NCBI GenBank assembly: GCA_965207075.1
Contig: CBDBLO010000002.1
Span: 1,728,001 to 1,792,000, forward strand
Source: Nitrosopumilus sp.
Lineage (GTDB): Archaea; Thermoproteota; Nitrososphaeria; Nitrososphaerales; Nitrosopumilaceae
Length of the DNA: 64,000 nucleotides
Direction: 5' to 3'
Positions 1 through 10,086 of the stretch are shown piece after piece (position 1 is the first letter of the stretch; each line of letters opens with the position of its first letter). The translations under genes and the position numbers were made by a program. The notes beneath the pieces are model-generated. The model saw only the letters and a list, made by a program, of their open reading frames with translations, was not told where the DNA came from and made no database searches.

Positions 1-385
1 TGACGCCACCGCGGCGTACGTGCTGCCGCCCGCCTGGAAGATGGCGATGCCGCTGGCGCCGCCAAGCTCGAGGGAGCCGCCGTCCGTTATCTGGTCGGTG
101 GCCGAGATGTCTGCGGGGTCCGAGACGTCGAGTATCTGGACGCCGTTGTCGAAAGCTGACGCCACCGCGGCGTAGATGCTGCCGTTGACCTGGAAGGTGG
201 CGACGTCGCGGGCGCCGTTAAGCTCGAGGGAGCCGCCGTCCGTTATCTGGTCGGTGGCCGAGATGTCTGAGGGATCCGAGACGTCGAGTATCTGGACGCC
301 GTTGTCGAAAGCTGACGCCACCGCGGCGTAGATGCTGCCGTTGACTTGGAAGGTGGCGACGCCAAAGGCGCCGTTAAGCTCGAGG
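1..385. repeat. 156-bp tandem coding repeat (~2.5 copies visible)
   Basis: tgacgccaccgcggcgta recurs at 1, 157 and 313. Confidence 0.9.
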
Positions 386-495
386 GTGGCATCGTCCGCT
401 ATGCCGTCCCTGGCCTCCAGGGAGAGCACGAGGTTGCCGACCTGCGCCTGCGCGTCCCAGAGCGCAAGGCCGGCCGCCGCAAGCACCGCCAGCAT
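1..495 (-). CDS. LVIVD-repeat secreted/surface protein (runs off the window start)
   Basis: Minus frame reads MLAVLAAAGLALWDAQAQ... then 52-aa repeats (YAAVASAFDNGVQILDVSDP..ISATDQITDGGSLEL). Start may be 583 if the G12 tract slips. Confidence 0.8.
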   Translation of the reverse strand, partial: MLAVLAAAGLALWDAQAQVGNLVLSLEARDGIADDATLELNGAFGVATFQVNGSIYAAVASAFDNGVQILDVSDPSDISATDQITDGGSLELNGARDVATFQVNGSIYAAVASAFDNGVQILDVSDPADISATDQITDGGSLELGGASGIAIFQAGGSTYAAVAS

Positions 496-1488
496 CGCCG
501 CGCCCAGCAAAAGCTTCCTCCCCCCCCCCCCGGGGCGCGCGGGATGCGATACAAGCGCTCAATGTAATCCAACAAATACGCATGCTACTTAACTGCTACG
601 GTATACCCGGCGCATGGATCCACGCGTCCCTCCCAGGCCGCGAATGCCGGGCATGCGCCCTAATGCCGGCGGCCTGAGCCCGCCTGCGTGAAGGAGACGG
701 GGGCGTCAGCAGGGAGCAGTTGGAGCAACGGGTGCCCGCATTGGAGGAGGAGGCCAGACACGTCACAGGAGCGGCCCGGTGCGCGTGCGGGCGCGCGTCC
801 GGGGCCCCCAACGGCCTGCCAGAAAAGGGCAACTCCGGCAGGCGGTTAGCCGGGCCGGTTCCCGGGGCCCGGAGGGAGCGCGTCCCGTTGGGAGTCGCCG
901 GGACGGCGGGGGCCGTAACGGGCGTCAGGACAGCAGGGTCGGCGGCAAGCGGCAGCGGCGGCGCGCGTCCGACGCCGTGAGACCCGGGACGGAGGGCACA
1001 CTTAGATGGTCGAGCGGTACCCGACGGCGGGGTTTGACGAGACGCGCTGGAACGACGGCAGCGGCAGCGGCGGCGCGTACGTGAACGCGGCGCAGTCTGG
1101 AGACTGCGTCGCGACTAGTATGGGCGGCGGGGCCGCCCTGATGCCGGATGCGGTGGACGGATCCTGTGGGGCCGCCACAGCCGGCGGGCACAACGCGGGT
1201 GGCAGGCGCCAAGGTGCCGGGCCCGCCGCCCCCGGGAGGCGGGGCGCCAGGCCGGAGGGTACGGCGGCGCGGCCCCTCCCGGGGCGAAACACGTCAGGCG
1301 GGGCTGCCCCCCGCATGAGGAGCCTGGCCGGTTTTGCCGCGCGCACCCCCACGCGGCGCAGGCAGGGCAAAAACGCGTACGGGGAGGCCGCCCGGCCGAT
1401 GCAGGAGCCGCGCGAATGCGTACGGGCCGTAGATCGACAGGCCTTTCTGCGGCTGTCCATTACGGGGCGGAATTTTCAGAGCGTCACC

Positions 1489-2181
1489 CTAGGCCGCGGT
1501 CACCGGGGGCAGCAGCAGTATCAGCAGGATCGTCGATGCCAGCAGGAACGGGATCACGGGCGCGGCCACCATCACGGGCCGTCCTTGCGCGCCGCCCCTT
1601 TCCCACTCCCTCGTGCCCACGGGCGTCGCGCGCAGCGAGAAGCCGCCCCGCCCGTCGTCGATGTATACCACGTGCCTCTCCCACGGCCTCCGGTGGTGCG
1701 CCGTAAGGAACGCGGCCGCCTTCTTGAGCGCGCCCGCAGTCCCGCACGCGGAGAAAGGGCGGCGGCCCGCCGCGGGGTGGCGGTACCACCCCGCGGCGTG
1801 CGACACGTTGAGCGCCACGTTGTATCCCACCACGGCAAACGCCAGGATGGTGACGCCGAGCAGCCCCGCAAGGACGGGCAGAAACGGCACCCCGGACGCG
1901 GCGGGCATGGTGACCGAGACTGCCAGCAAAACCACGCAGTCGCCTGACGCCACCGCCCTGCACCTGTACAGCACCAGGGCGAGCGTGACTCCCGCCACCA
2001 TCCCGAACAGGGCCCCCGCGTCTGCCAGCCCGCCGCCGAGCGCGAACAGCGCAAACCCGGCGGCACCCGCGCACATATAGTGGCGGTCGCCCCCGAGTAT
2101 GGTCCTGTACCGGATGTCCGTGTACGAGTTTGCCGCCAGCATGCCCAGCACCATGAGCAGCCGGACCAGCTCAGTCTCCAT
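1489..2181 (-). CDS. Prepilin/preflagellin peptidase-like (A24, FlaK/PibD-like)
   Basis: Multi-TM protein with the two Asp motifs SYTDIRYR and ASGD; C-terminal P..PFL motif; pilin genes in the element. Confidence 0.7.
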   Translation of the reverse strand: METELVRLLMVLGMLAANSYTDIRYRTILGGDRHYMCAGAAGFALFALGGGLADAGALFGMVAGVTLALVLYRCRAVASGDCVVLLAVSVTMPAASGVPFLPVLAGLLGVTILAFAVVGYNVALNVSHAAGWYRHPAAGRRPFSACGTAGALKKAAAFLTAHHRRPWERHVVYIDDGRGGFSLRATPVGTREWERGGAQGRPVMVAAPVIPFLLASTILLILLLPPVTAA

Positions 2182-2764
2182 GTAATAGTACGCGGCGTAT
2201 CTCCTCCCCCGTCTCGTCGACCCACCTGTCCATCTCCGACAGCCTCCCGCCTATGCAGTCGAGCCGCTCCACGTCGCACGCCACCCTCTTGTACCTGGAC
2301 CTCGGGAGCAGCCCGCGCCTGCGGAGCATGGCCAGCGCGTACTGGACGCGCAGCGGGCGGACGGGCCAGTCCTCGAAAAAGTACTGGACGGTCTTGAGCG
2401 GGATCGTCACCGTGCGGTTTGCGGCCGTCTCGCCTCCCCCTCCGCCGCTCTCGCCGCCGCATCCGCCGGCCGCCATGCCGCGCGCCACACCGTACACCTT
2501 TGCCAGGACGCACACCTCAAAGAACTGCACCCCCAGGTCGTCCGACAGGGCGAACCCGCGCCCGGCCGTAGTCAGCACGGGCGGCCTGCGGCCGTGCCTG
2601 CGGCCGTCGGTGCGCGATATCAGCCCGGCCAGGGCCATCCGCCGGGGGTTCGGCGGGTACCCGCGGCCCTCCCGCACCGTCCTTATCTTGTACTTTCTGG
2701 GCGACAGGGCGTGCTTTGCGAGCATGCGCACCGCGCGGGGCGCCCCGCGGTCAACGACCGGCAT
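2171..2764 (-). CDS. Hypothetical basic protein, possible winged-HTH
   Basis: Overlaps both neighbours as in an operon; start MPVVDRG at 2764 overlaps the upstream stop. Confidence 0.5.
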   Translation of the reverse strand: MPVVDRGAPRAVRMLAKHALSPRKYKIRTVREGRGYPPNPRRMALAGLISRTDGRRHGRRPPVLTTAGRGFALSDDLGVQFFEVCVLAKVYGVARGMAAGGCGGESGGGGGETAANRTVTIPLKTVQYFFEDWPVRPLRVQYALAMLRRRGLLPRSRYKRVACDVERLDCIGGRLSEMDRWVDETGEEIRRVLLHGD

Positions 2765-3869
2765 CGCCCCGCCCCCTGTAGAACACCACCCCGCGCGCGT
2801 CGCGGTGCCTTTGCGCAAACTCCGCAAGGCTTGTCGCGGCGTCAAACCGCGCCATCCTGACGTCCGCCCCGTCCTTCTTGCCGCCCGCAAGCCCCAGCCA
2901 CCTGCCGGCCTTCCGCGGGAACAGGTACGCCGCGGAGCCCTTGCCCTCCGGGTCCGCCTCCCTCAGGACCGTGACCGCCTCGCGGTCGTCCACCGCCGAG
3001 ACGCGCCTCGTCTTGAGGTCCACTAAATATGGCGGGTGCGCGTCGGTGCCCGGGATGACGATGGCGTCGCGCGCGTTTTTGATCAGCCGCTCCGCGCGCC
3101 GCACCTCTTTGGGGGACGCGGACTCGCCCTCCGGCGTCACCACTACGGCGGACTCGCCCTCCGGGCGGTACCGCGGGGAGTCTGACAGTATCTCTATCTC
3201 CTCGGGGCCTGGCCACGCAAAGCGGGCGTCGGTCACGGGTCGCGTCCGTACCAGCCCCGACACTTCCCGGGCCAGCTCCTCCTGCATGTCGGGCCTCTGC
3301 CGGGATACGTGGTGCGGGATATAGTACGGCAGCACGAACTGGGACAGTTTTGTGCCCAGGAACGCGCAGAGCTGGCCCAGCACCGCGGCCGCCCCGGGCT
3401 CCAGATTCAGCGCGAGGAACCTCTGGTGTATGGTCCCCCTGCACGTCCGCGACAGCGCGGCCGCGTCTTTCTCGCTGCCGTGCATGGCCACGTAGTCTGA
3501 CACCCGCCGCAGGAGCAGCGGGTTGATCCCGGCGGGCCTGTGGTTGTACCGGACGTGCCTCACGAGAAAGTCCGATATGTCGGCGCACTTTGTGACCGCG
3601 CACCTGATCGACTCTGTGCCCGCCGCGAGCGCCCCGCGGTATATGTCGCCGTCCGCCATCAGGTACGGTACGCCGCCCACGCTGCCCACCCTGACTGCCG
3701 GGACGCCGTCCTCCGGGCGGGGCCGCCCGGCCTCCGCCTCCTCCTCAAAGACGCGCCTGTACGCGTCCACCTGCTTTTGCAGCGGGACCGTAACGTCGAG
3801 CTCGTGTACGCGTATGGACGCGGTGCGGATGGGCCGCAGCCGCCCGCGCGCGCCATATCCCCCGATCAC
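2751..3869 (-). CDS. ParB/Srx-like N-terminal domain protein
   Basis: GTG start overlaps the TGA of the TFB gene (GTGA); P.V.V...YLMADGD.YRGA..G...I.C pattern resembles ParB-N. Confidence 0.5.
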   Translation of the reverse strand: MIGGYGARGRLRPIRTASIRVHELDVTVPLQKQVDAYRRVFEEEAEAGRPRPEDGVPAVRVGSVGGVPYLMADGDIYRGALAAGTESIRCAVTKCADISDFLVRHVRYNHRPAGINPLLLRRVSDYVAMHGSEKDAAALSRTCRGTIHQRFLALNLEPGAAAVLGQLCAFLGTKLSQFVLPYYIPHHVSRQRPDMQEELAREVSGLVRTRPVTDARFAWPGPEEIEILSDSPRYRPEGESAVVVTPEGESASPKEVRRAERLIKNARDAIVIPGTDAHPPYLVDLKTRRVSAVDDREAVTVLREADPEGKGSAAYLFPRKAGRWLGLAGGKKDGADVRMARFDAATSLAEFAQRHRDARGVVFYRGRGDAGR

Positions 3870-4732
3870 CGCGCCCCGTACCTCCTCTTTGCTATCCGTA
3901 TGGCCGCCCGCGCCGCCCGGGCCCTGTTGGGCTCCCTCAGCTCCAGCACGGGGAGTATGGCGCGCGCCTCGCGCGCCAGCGCCTCGGCGACCCCGGGCGC
4001 GTACTTGTAAGCCAGGGACTGGATCTCGGTGCTGATTGAGAACCTGCGCGGCGACGGCGACGACGAGTCCCCCGCCGCATAGGCCCGGGAGCCCGGCGCG
4101 CAGCGCTCGAGCATGTCTAGGAACCCCGTCCTGCGCAGCGCGTGCTCCCCCGTCTCCACGTCGACGTACGAGGAGGCCTCCATTATAACGTGGAGGTACG
4201 AGTGCGCGTGCCGCACGCCCATCTCCGCGCGTATGATGTCGCGGAGCCTGTCCCCGTCCAGCGGGCAGCCCCACATCCTGCAGACGCCGTGGAACGCCAG
4301 GACCAGGATCTTTGCCTTTGTCATGCGCATGCCGGGCGCGCGGCGCAGCCTGAGGTACCACGCCCACGCGTCCCTGCCCGCGCCGTTCGGGATGCCGAGC
4401 TTTTGCGATATGTTGCTGACGGCCGCCATGTCGCTCCTGCGGCGCACGAACCTGTCGGCGCGCAGCCTGCGGTCGGGCTTGCCGCCCACCTCCATCTCAA
4501 GGTACAGGTTGGTCTTGGTGCGCGGGGGCGCCGCCTGTCCTGCATGGCGCTGTTGCTCGTCCTCCCCCTTTACCACCCCGCACGCGCGGCAGACGATCTC
4601 CCCCTCGGGGGTGGCCGTCTCGCGGGCGGCGCCGTGCACGCAGGGCGGCGCGGCCCCCGCGGCCGCGTCCTGCCCCCCGGGGCGATCGGGCGCCTTGCCG
4701 CATGCCGTCCCTCCGGGCGCGATGGTGCTCAT
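3866..4732 (-). CDS. Transcription initiation factor IIB (TFB) family paralogue
   Basis: TFIIB-type Zn ribbon C.H...GEIVCRACGVV followed by cyclin-like helices (ISQKLGIP..A..AW.WY). Confidence 0.7.
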   Translation of the reverse strand: MSTIAPGGTACGKAPDRPGGQDAAAGAAPPCVHGAARETATPEGEIVCRACGVVKGEDEQQRHAGQAAPPRTKTNLYLEMEVGGKPDRRLRADRFVRRRSDMAAVSNISQKLGIPNGAGRDAWAWYLRLRRAPGMRMTKAKILVLAFHGVCRMWGCPLDGDRLRDIIRAEMGVRHAHSYLHVIMEASSYVDVETGEHALRRTGFLDMLERCAPGSRAYAAGDSSSPSPRRFSISTEIQSLAYKYAPGVAEALAREARAILPVLELREPNRARAARAAIRIAKRRYGAR

Positions 4733-4768
4733 ACCGGTACCAATGGTGCTTGTCGTATTTGATGTTTT

Positions 4769-4800
4769 GGTAATTTACCTGTCTGCAAGGGTAGATTACC
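4769..4800. promoter_or_regulatory. Paired GGTA-N3-TACC operator-like boxes between the divergent tfb and abrB genes
   Basis: GGTAATTTACC at 4769-4779 and GGTAGATTACC at 4790-4800, 21 bp apart. Confidence 0.5.
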
Positions 4801-4909
4801 GTATTATGCCTTTGACGCGGGCGGTCGTGCAGGCTGCGCCGGGGCGGACGCGCCGGAAGGGCGGGTTCGTCCCTTTGCCCTTTTACGCTTTCCGTGTCTT
4901 TGGCGGGCG

Positions 4910-5104
4910 GTGCTGATACGCAAGATAATCCAGAAGAACGGGGGGTCGTGGGGCGTGAGCCTTCCGGCGGACCTCGTCAGGGAGCTCGGGTGGAAAAAAC
5001 ACACCTATGTTTACGTCCAGAAGACCAGGGGCAAGTCCCTGGTGCTGCGGGCCGTGCCTGACGTCGCCGCGGCCGACGACGGGCGTCCGGCGGCGGGCGC
5101 GTAG
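4910..5104 (+). CDS. AbrB/MazE/SpoVT family DNA-binding protein
   Basis: RKIIQKNGGSWGVSLPADLVRELGW motif. Confidence 0.8.
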   Translation: MLIRKIIQKNGGSWGVSLPADLVRELGWKKHTYVYVQKTRGKSLVLRAVPDVAAADDGRPAAGA

Positions 5105-5295
5105 GATGCCGCTGCTACCGCCTGCGCGGGCGGCCGCGGGCGCGACTGCCAGGATTGCGGTGTTTCTCTGATCTGTTCCCAGGTCCCCGCTTGCCAAATC
5201 CCGGAGCGCTCCCGCTTCTGGCGGTCCCGGGACGTGCGGTCTGCGGCGCAGCGGTGCCTGCTGCCGCCGCTGCCGCAGCCACGCCGCGTTGGATC

Positions 5296-5496
5296 CGCGC
5301 CCGGGCCCTCGTAACTGTGAGATGGTAACAAAGAAATCTTTGTTACCATCTCACACTTGTCGGCGCCGGACGGCGCGCGTGGCGCCCCGCTGCCGCCGTT
5401 GCCGCCGCATCGCACGGGATACGCGCCCGGGCCCTCGTAACTGTGAGATGGTAACAAAGAAATCTTTGTTACCATCTCACACTTGTCGGCGCCGGA
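5296..5496. repeat. Two identical 75-bp direct repeats, each with a 19-bp-arm palindrome
   Basis: Copies at 5296-5370 and 5422-5496; core TGTGAGATGGTAACAAAGA-AA-TCTTTGTTACCATCTCACA. Confidence 0.95.
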
Positions 5497-5629
5497 TGGC
5501 GGCCGCCCGCGGCGGAAACTGAAAATTCCCGCTTTTAACAAAAGGCGGCCTTGGCATGCAGTGAACCGCCGCCCAGCCACCACGACCGCACGGGAAGGGT
5601 CTCCGGGACCGCTTCATGCCGGGGAAGAC

Positions 5630-6328
5630 ATGCTCATATTCCTCCTGGCCTGCGTGGCGGCTGTTGCTGGTGTTGTTGTTGTTGCTGCTGCTGCTGCTGC
5701 CCTACCGGATCTTGGCGCGGACATGGCTGGAATGGCAGAAGCCCTTCTGCCCGCGGCGGGGCATGCGGAACTCGACGACGCAGCGGAGCTGGCCTGGCGT
5801 CTGGGGGACGGCCTGACTGTGGGCGACTCCTACACGTACGAGGTGTGCCACAGTATACACGCCGCGGAGGCGACCCACCCGGATCCCTGCTATACGCTGC
5901 GCATGGACTTTGTGCACAGTATGACGCATCATGCGTACGGCCCCGCCTGGATAGTTGTAGTGGGTTTTGACGGCGATAGCACCGTAATGCTTCTTGACCA
6001 TAATACCATGACCATGCACCCGACGTCGGCGTGGGACGTGTGGCTTGCGGGCTCCATCCAGGACACCGTCCTGCACCTTGCCCCGTACGGGGAGCGGAAC
6101 CTAGAGGTGGGGGCGTACTGGGGGGAGATCGACGCGTACTTTTACAGCGTGCCCCTCTCGATCATGTCGCGGGACGGGGACGGGTCCATACTGGGATACG
6201 ACACGACCGCAGAGTCTCGGACCGTCATCATATCGGGCATGCCGTTCCCAGAGTACAGCAGGTGGCACGACCCCCACAACATATCTGCGGATCCCAGGAT
6301 CATGCACGAGTACGAGCTGGTCAGGTGA
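5630..6328 (+). CDS. Secreted/membrane-anchored hypothetical protein
   Basis: Hydrophobic N-terminus; W..GDGL..GD.YTYEVC segment; alternative in-frame GTG start at 5561. Confidence 0.7.
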   Translation: MLIFLLACVAAVAGVVVVAAAAAALPDLGADMAGMAEALLPAAGHAELDDAAELAWRLGDGLTVGDSYTYEVCHSIHAAEATHPDPCYTLRMDFVHSMTHHAYGPAWIVVVGFDGDSTVMLLDHNTMTMHPTSAWDVWLAGSIQDTVLHLAPYGERNLEVGAYWGEIDAYFYSVPLSIMSRDGDGSILGYDTTAESRTVIISGMPFPEYSRWHDPHNISADPRIMHEYELVR

Positions 6329-6338
6329 GCGTGATTTC

Positions 6339-7802
6339 ATGAACCCAATCGTGGTAATCGGGATGGTGTCACTGATAGCCCTGGGGCTGTACGGCATATA
6401 CTCGGGGCTGGCGCAGCAGGCCGAGCTCGGGGAGATCCAGCGGGACATGCTGGAGCGGGCGGGGGCGTCCGGCACGCCGCTGTCGTCGCCCCATGTGCGG
6501 GGCGAGATCCACGACGGCGCGCACGTCATACTCACCAACAATATAGCAAGGGACGTGGACGTGATACAGTTCCGGGGCTACGAGAACGGGACGCTGTCCG
6601 GGGCGTGGCACGTCAACCATACGGTGCGCGCGTACCAGACGCTGAACCTGACGGGCGGCGGCGGGACGGACCCGCCGCTCCCGGGCGGAATGGCGGCCCT
6701 GCTAAATAACGAGGATTACGAGTTCCGGGGCGTGACGGCGCGGGGCGCCATATTCACGGTTGACCGCGCCGCCCCGTCACATGATGCCCCCGCGGACACG
6801 TTTGGACACGTGGCAGTCATGGATCTGGACGGGGGCTCGGCAGGCCAGAGGGGCGCCGGCGCCGTAATCGCGTACCACCATTCTGACAGCAGCGCATACT
6901 GCAAGATCCTGTTCACCAAGCCCGGGGAGTCGTGGCACACCAGGTGGGAAAAGCACATCATATACGACAGGCCCTTTCTCGTGTCCGACGGCGGGCTCGG
7001 GGGGGCGACGCCGAGGCCCGCCGGGAGCCCCGCGTGGCACTACTGGGAGGAGGGCGACAGGCTCAGGCCCGGCCTCCACCACCTGTACGAGCCCTGCTCC
7101 AGCCTGGGGCACGACCCGGACGCGCTCGCCCGTCCCGCGGGCATCGCGCCGCTGCAGGGTCACCCGGGCGTGTTCCAAGTGATCCGGAGCGGCGCCGACT
7201 ACAACGTGGGTGTGACATTCCCGATAAGCGGCAGCATGACGGTCCCGTATACGGGCAAGATGGCGATCCGCGTCGAGACCCCGTATGCGGGACGGGCCGG
7301 CGCCACGTACGGCTTTGACTCGGAGTTCCGCTGTGTAGACAGCGGGGCGCATTCGACCAGACCGTGCGACTGCCTCTCCGAGTTCCACGATACGGTGGAC
7401 GACCGGCTGACTGCATGGGAGGAGCGGATGCCCAGGCCCTCGTTCTCGGCGTATGTGAGGGTGCAGAACGACGGCAGGACGGTCCAGTCCGTCCCGCTGG
7501 GGGCTGGCGCGCCCGCCGAGTCCTTTGCAAGGGACGTGGAGCTGGCCCGCACCGGCTTTGAGACGTACTATTACAACTGCCTCTACCACCTGACAGGGGA
7601 CATAGAGGCCGAGTGGTCGTACGGCGGCCAGCTGGACGGGTGGCTTGAGGTAGACGTGGAGGCGGGCGATGTCATAACTGTCGACGGCAAGATATCCGTG
7701 TCGTACAGCCCGGGCGGGTTTGCCGACGGCGCGCCGTCCGCGTCGCGCGTCGACGTGGACGTGGGCGACACCATACTTACCGTGGGAAGGCTCAGCGAGT
7801 AA
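6339..7802 (+). CDS. N-terminally anchored extracellular protein (minor pilin/adhesin-like)
   Basis: 487 aa; single N-terminal hydrophobic helix, then beta-rich domain with Cys pairs. Confidence 0.65.
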   Translation: MNPIVVIGMVSLIALGLYGIYSGLAQQAELGEIQRDMLERAGASGTPLSSPHVRGEIHDGAHVILTNNIARDVDVIQFRGYENGTLSGAWHVNHTVRAYQTLNLTGGGGTDPPLPGGMAALLNNEDYEFRGVTARGAIFTVDRAAPSHDAPADTFGHVAVMDLDGGSAGQRGAGAVIAYHHSDSSAYCKILFTKPGESWHTRWEKHIIYDRPFLVSDGGLGGATPRPAGSPAWHYWEEGDRLRPGLHHLYEPCSSLGHDPDALARPAGIAPLQGHPGVFQVIRSGADYNVGVTFPISGSMTVPYTGKMAIRVETPYAGRAGATYGFDSEFRCVDSGAHSTRPCDCLSEFHDTVDDRLTAWEERMPRPSFSAYVRVQNDGRTVQSVPLGAGAPAESFARDVELARTGFETYYYNCLYHLTGDIEAEWSYGGQLDGWLEVDVEAGDVITVDGKISVSYSPGGFADGAPSASRVDVDVGDTILTVGRLSE

Positions 7803-7989
7803 TCGCTGCAGGGCAGGCGGTGGCGGAGGCCGGGTCTCGCGTTCCGAGGTACTCGATCCAGTTGACCGACAGGTAGCCTTCGCGTCTTCGGATTTCAAAG
7901 GCGCAGGGCAGCAGTCTCCCGTTGATTACGGAGGACGGCCTGCGGTATCCGGATACGTGGTCTCTAGCCGGAATGTCCTTGCCTGTCAT
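7792..7989 (-). pseudogene. Truncated paralogue of 17359-17799 (putative toxin)
   Basis: Y.RP..V..G.....AF..R..E.YLSVN shared with the 146-aa paralogue, but only 65 aa long. Confidence 0.55.
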
Positions 7990-8429
7990 GCGCGGATCAG
8001 CTTGTCAACGAACGGCCGGATCGCGCTCATCATGTCATCGGGTGGCAGCATGCCGCCAAGGCTGCGCTGCCGGGGCTTGGACTCGGATGCGGCAAGGAGG
8101 ACTACAAACCTGACGTCGCCCACGGGCAGAAAATCCATTGTCAGCATGTCCCCGTCGGACGTATCCCAGACGGCCTCTATGAAGCCGTCGGGGGTAAGGC
8201 CTATGAGCGGGTACGGCAGGTGACGCCGCGTTACGACAAAGACGGCAAACCTTTGCAGCGACTCCAGGCTGATGGGCGGCTCGTCAGGATCGTCGGCGGC
8301 CAGACCGTCGAGGTACGTGATGCGCCTTGTTATCCGCGGATCCACGTTGTCCTGCTCCATCACGGCGACAACGTCGCCGCAGCTCTTGGTCAGCGCGATC
8401 TGCCCGTCCCGTGAAACCACGCGCTCCAT
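7986..8429 (-). CDS. Hypothetical protein, paralogue of 17803-18213 (putative antitoxin)
   Basis: R..YL..L......P...S..LP.P.I....DG.......D......FLP.GDV.F pattern shared. Confidence 0.7.
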   Translation of the reverse strand: MERVVSRDGQIALTKSCGDVVAVMEQDNVDPRITRRITYLDGLAADDPDEPPISLESLQRFAVFVVTRRHLPYPLIGLTPDGFIEAVWDTSDGDMLTMDFLPVGDVRFVVLLAASESKPRQRSLGGMLPPDDMMSAIRPFVDKLIRA

Positions 8430-9027
8430 GATGTACTGCGTGTCCGCGCCGTATTATGTTCATCGGCCGGGCGCTGCATCGAGAATGCGTTGTTTGGCGC
8501 ACCCGTGATCACGTGGCTCCCACGCGTGGTGCCCCCAGACCAGGCAGGCGTTCCGCCGTACTGACCACCACCTTATGAGCACGACCGGCCATGAGGTGCA
8601 ACCGCGGCGCCTTGTACACGCGTTGGCACCAGATTGGCATGGTCTGCAAGAGACGACACCGGTAGAAGCAGGCTTGGAAGCACGGCAATACATCCCTTGC
8701 AGCCTGCAGTACAGTCGAGCGACTTGCGCCCCGCCGAAGGCCGCACCTGTCGAGAAGGGTGATCAGTGAATATAGCACGTTAGCGTGCCCGGAAGATATT
8801 TTTAAAAAAGGGGGGGAAGATGGCTGCTAGTCTTCCTGGTAGCCATCGTATTCTTCGTGTTCTGGGTTGCATTGTTTGGAATGGTTGTCAAGGTCGGCCT
8901 TGTCACCGGTTCCCGTGTATCCGCCCATGACATATGTTGGAACGCCAGGGTATTGTGTATTCGAATGGTGGTTTGATCCGGGTGGAAACCGCATGTTTAA
9001 ACGGATCAGTCCAGATCTCGCATACAT

Positions 9028-10086
9028 ATGGATGAGCGGGAAAGGGAGGACAGGATCAAAAGGCAGATTGAATCGCAGCCTGGAATTTCCCACACAGACC
9101 TCCTAGAGCGTGTCAAAAACGACATGGCAAAATCCACAGCTGCGGGGATCATAAAACGGCTGCTGGATGACGAGGAGATCACATTCCGGAAAGACGGCGG
9201 GAAGAAAAGGTATTACCCGGCAGAACCTGACCAAAAAAGTCTGGAGAAGGACTTTTCTGGAAACATGAAAAGGCTCAGAAGGAGGCTTGAGACGTTGGAG
9301 GACGACTTTACATCATATCCCTACGAAGTCCAGATCTGGGTGAACAGGGACATACTTGACAAACTGGACAGTCTTGGGCCGAAATTCAAACAGCGTTTGG
9401 AGGAGCACAAACGCTATTACGGCGTGGACAGCCGTGTCGATGACTATGGGAGACTATGTGCAGAAATCTCAAAGCTGATGTCAAGCATGCGTGGTGACTT
9501 GAAGCATATGGTAATGGGATACATAAGCGACACCGGTTCTGTCGGCCTCCTACGCCGGATCGCCTCAAAAGCGTCCGAGCTCAGGAGGCGGCGGGAACCT
9601 TTGGGGAGCGGTCCGAAGAGGGCCGGCATGTCGGAAAAAATTAAACGTCTTGACCAGATGATAGACACGTTATTCATGCACGCAGACGAGATACGGGTCA
9701 AGTCACGGAAACTGCAAAAGGTAAGAAAACAAGAAAGGCTGCCGGCCGAATACGGTGATCACGAACTGGCTCAGTCCATACGCTATGTTGAGGAGCGCAG
9801 GTGTGATTTTCAAACAGAAGTGCAGAACCTGCAAAGGCGCGTAGCGGAGCTAAATGGTGGAAAAACCGGCGGGGATCAGGCGGCGCGTCTGAAGGAGGAT
9901 CCGGGTCTTACAGACGTGATAAGGCAGCTTGAATCCATCAAGACGAATCTTGATGATACGGGCAAAATGCTTGAGAGGCAGTACCGCAACACGTTTGCAG
10001 ATAAAATAGAGCAAGAGATGTACACTGAGATCAAGAAAGCAGAAGAGTACGTCAAGGACATGAAGATTACTCTGAAAGGAGTGTAG
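9028..10086 (+). CDS. Winged-HTH plus coiled-coil protein
   Basis: N-terminal I...PGIS.TDL.....MAKSTA..I..L...I HTH; long heptad-rich helical tail. Confidence 0.7.
   Translation: MDEREREDRIKRQIESQPGISHTDLLERVKNDMAKSTAAGIIKRLLDDEEITFRKDGGKKRYYPAEPDQKSLEKDFSGNMKRLRRRLETLEDDFTSYPYEVQIWVNRDILDKLDSLGPKFKQRLEEHKRYYGVDSRVDDYGRLCAEISKLMSSMRGDLKHMVMGYISDTGSVGLLRRIASKASELRRRREPLGSGPKRAGMSEKIKRLDQMIDTLFMHADEIRVKSRKLQKVRKQERLPAEYGDHELAQSIRYVEERRCDFQTEVQNLQRRVAELNGGKTGGDQAARLKEDPGLTDVIRQLESIKTNLDDTGKMLERQYRNTFADKIEQEMYTEIKKAEEYVKDMKITLKGV

Noticed and set aside
600-1480. Several GC-rich ORFs and a possible left att site
   Set aside because: Translations are low-complexity R/G/A-rich; no direct repeat matching 55980-56190 found by eye; no tRNA or integrase seen.
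5660-5700. (GTT)n(GCT)n tract in a signal peptide
   Set aside because: In-frame trinucleotide run coding Val/Ala; slippage would not switch the gene.
8800-8975. Short hydrophobic reading frame (WLLVFLVAIVFFVFW...) after an A6G7 run
   Set aside because: In-frame stop immediately upstream and no clear start; at most a small remnant.
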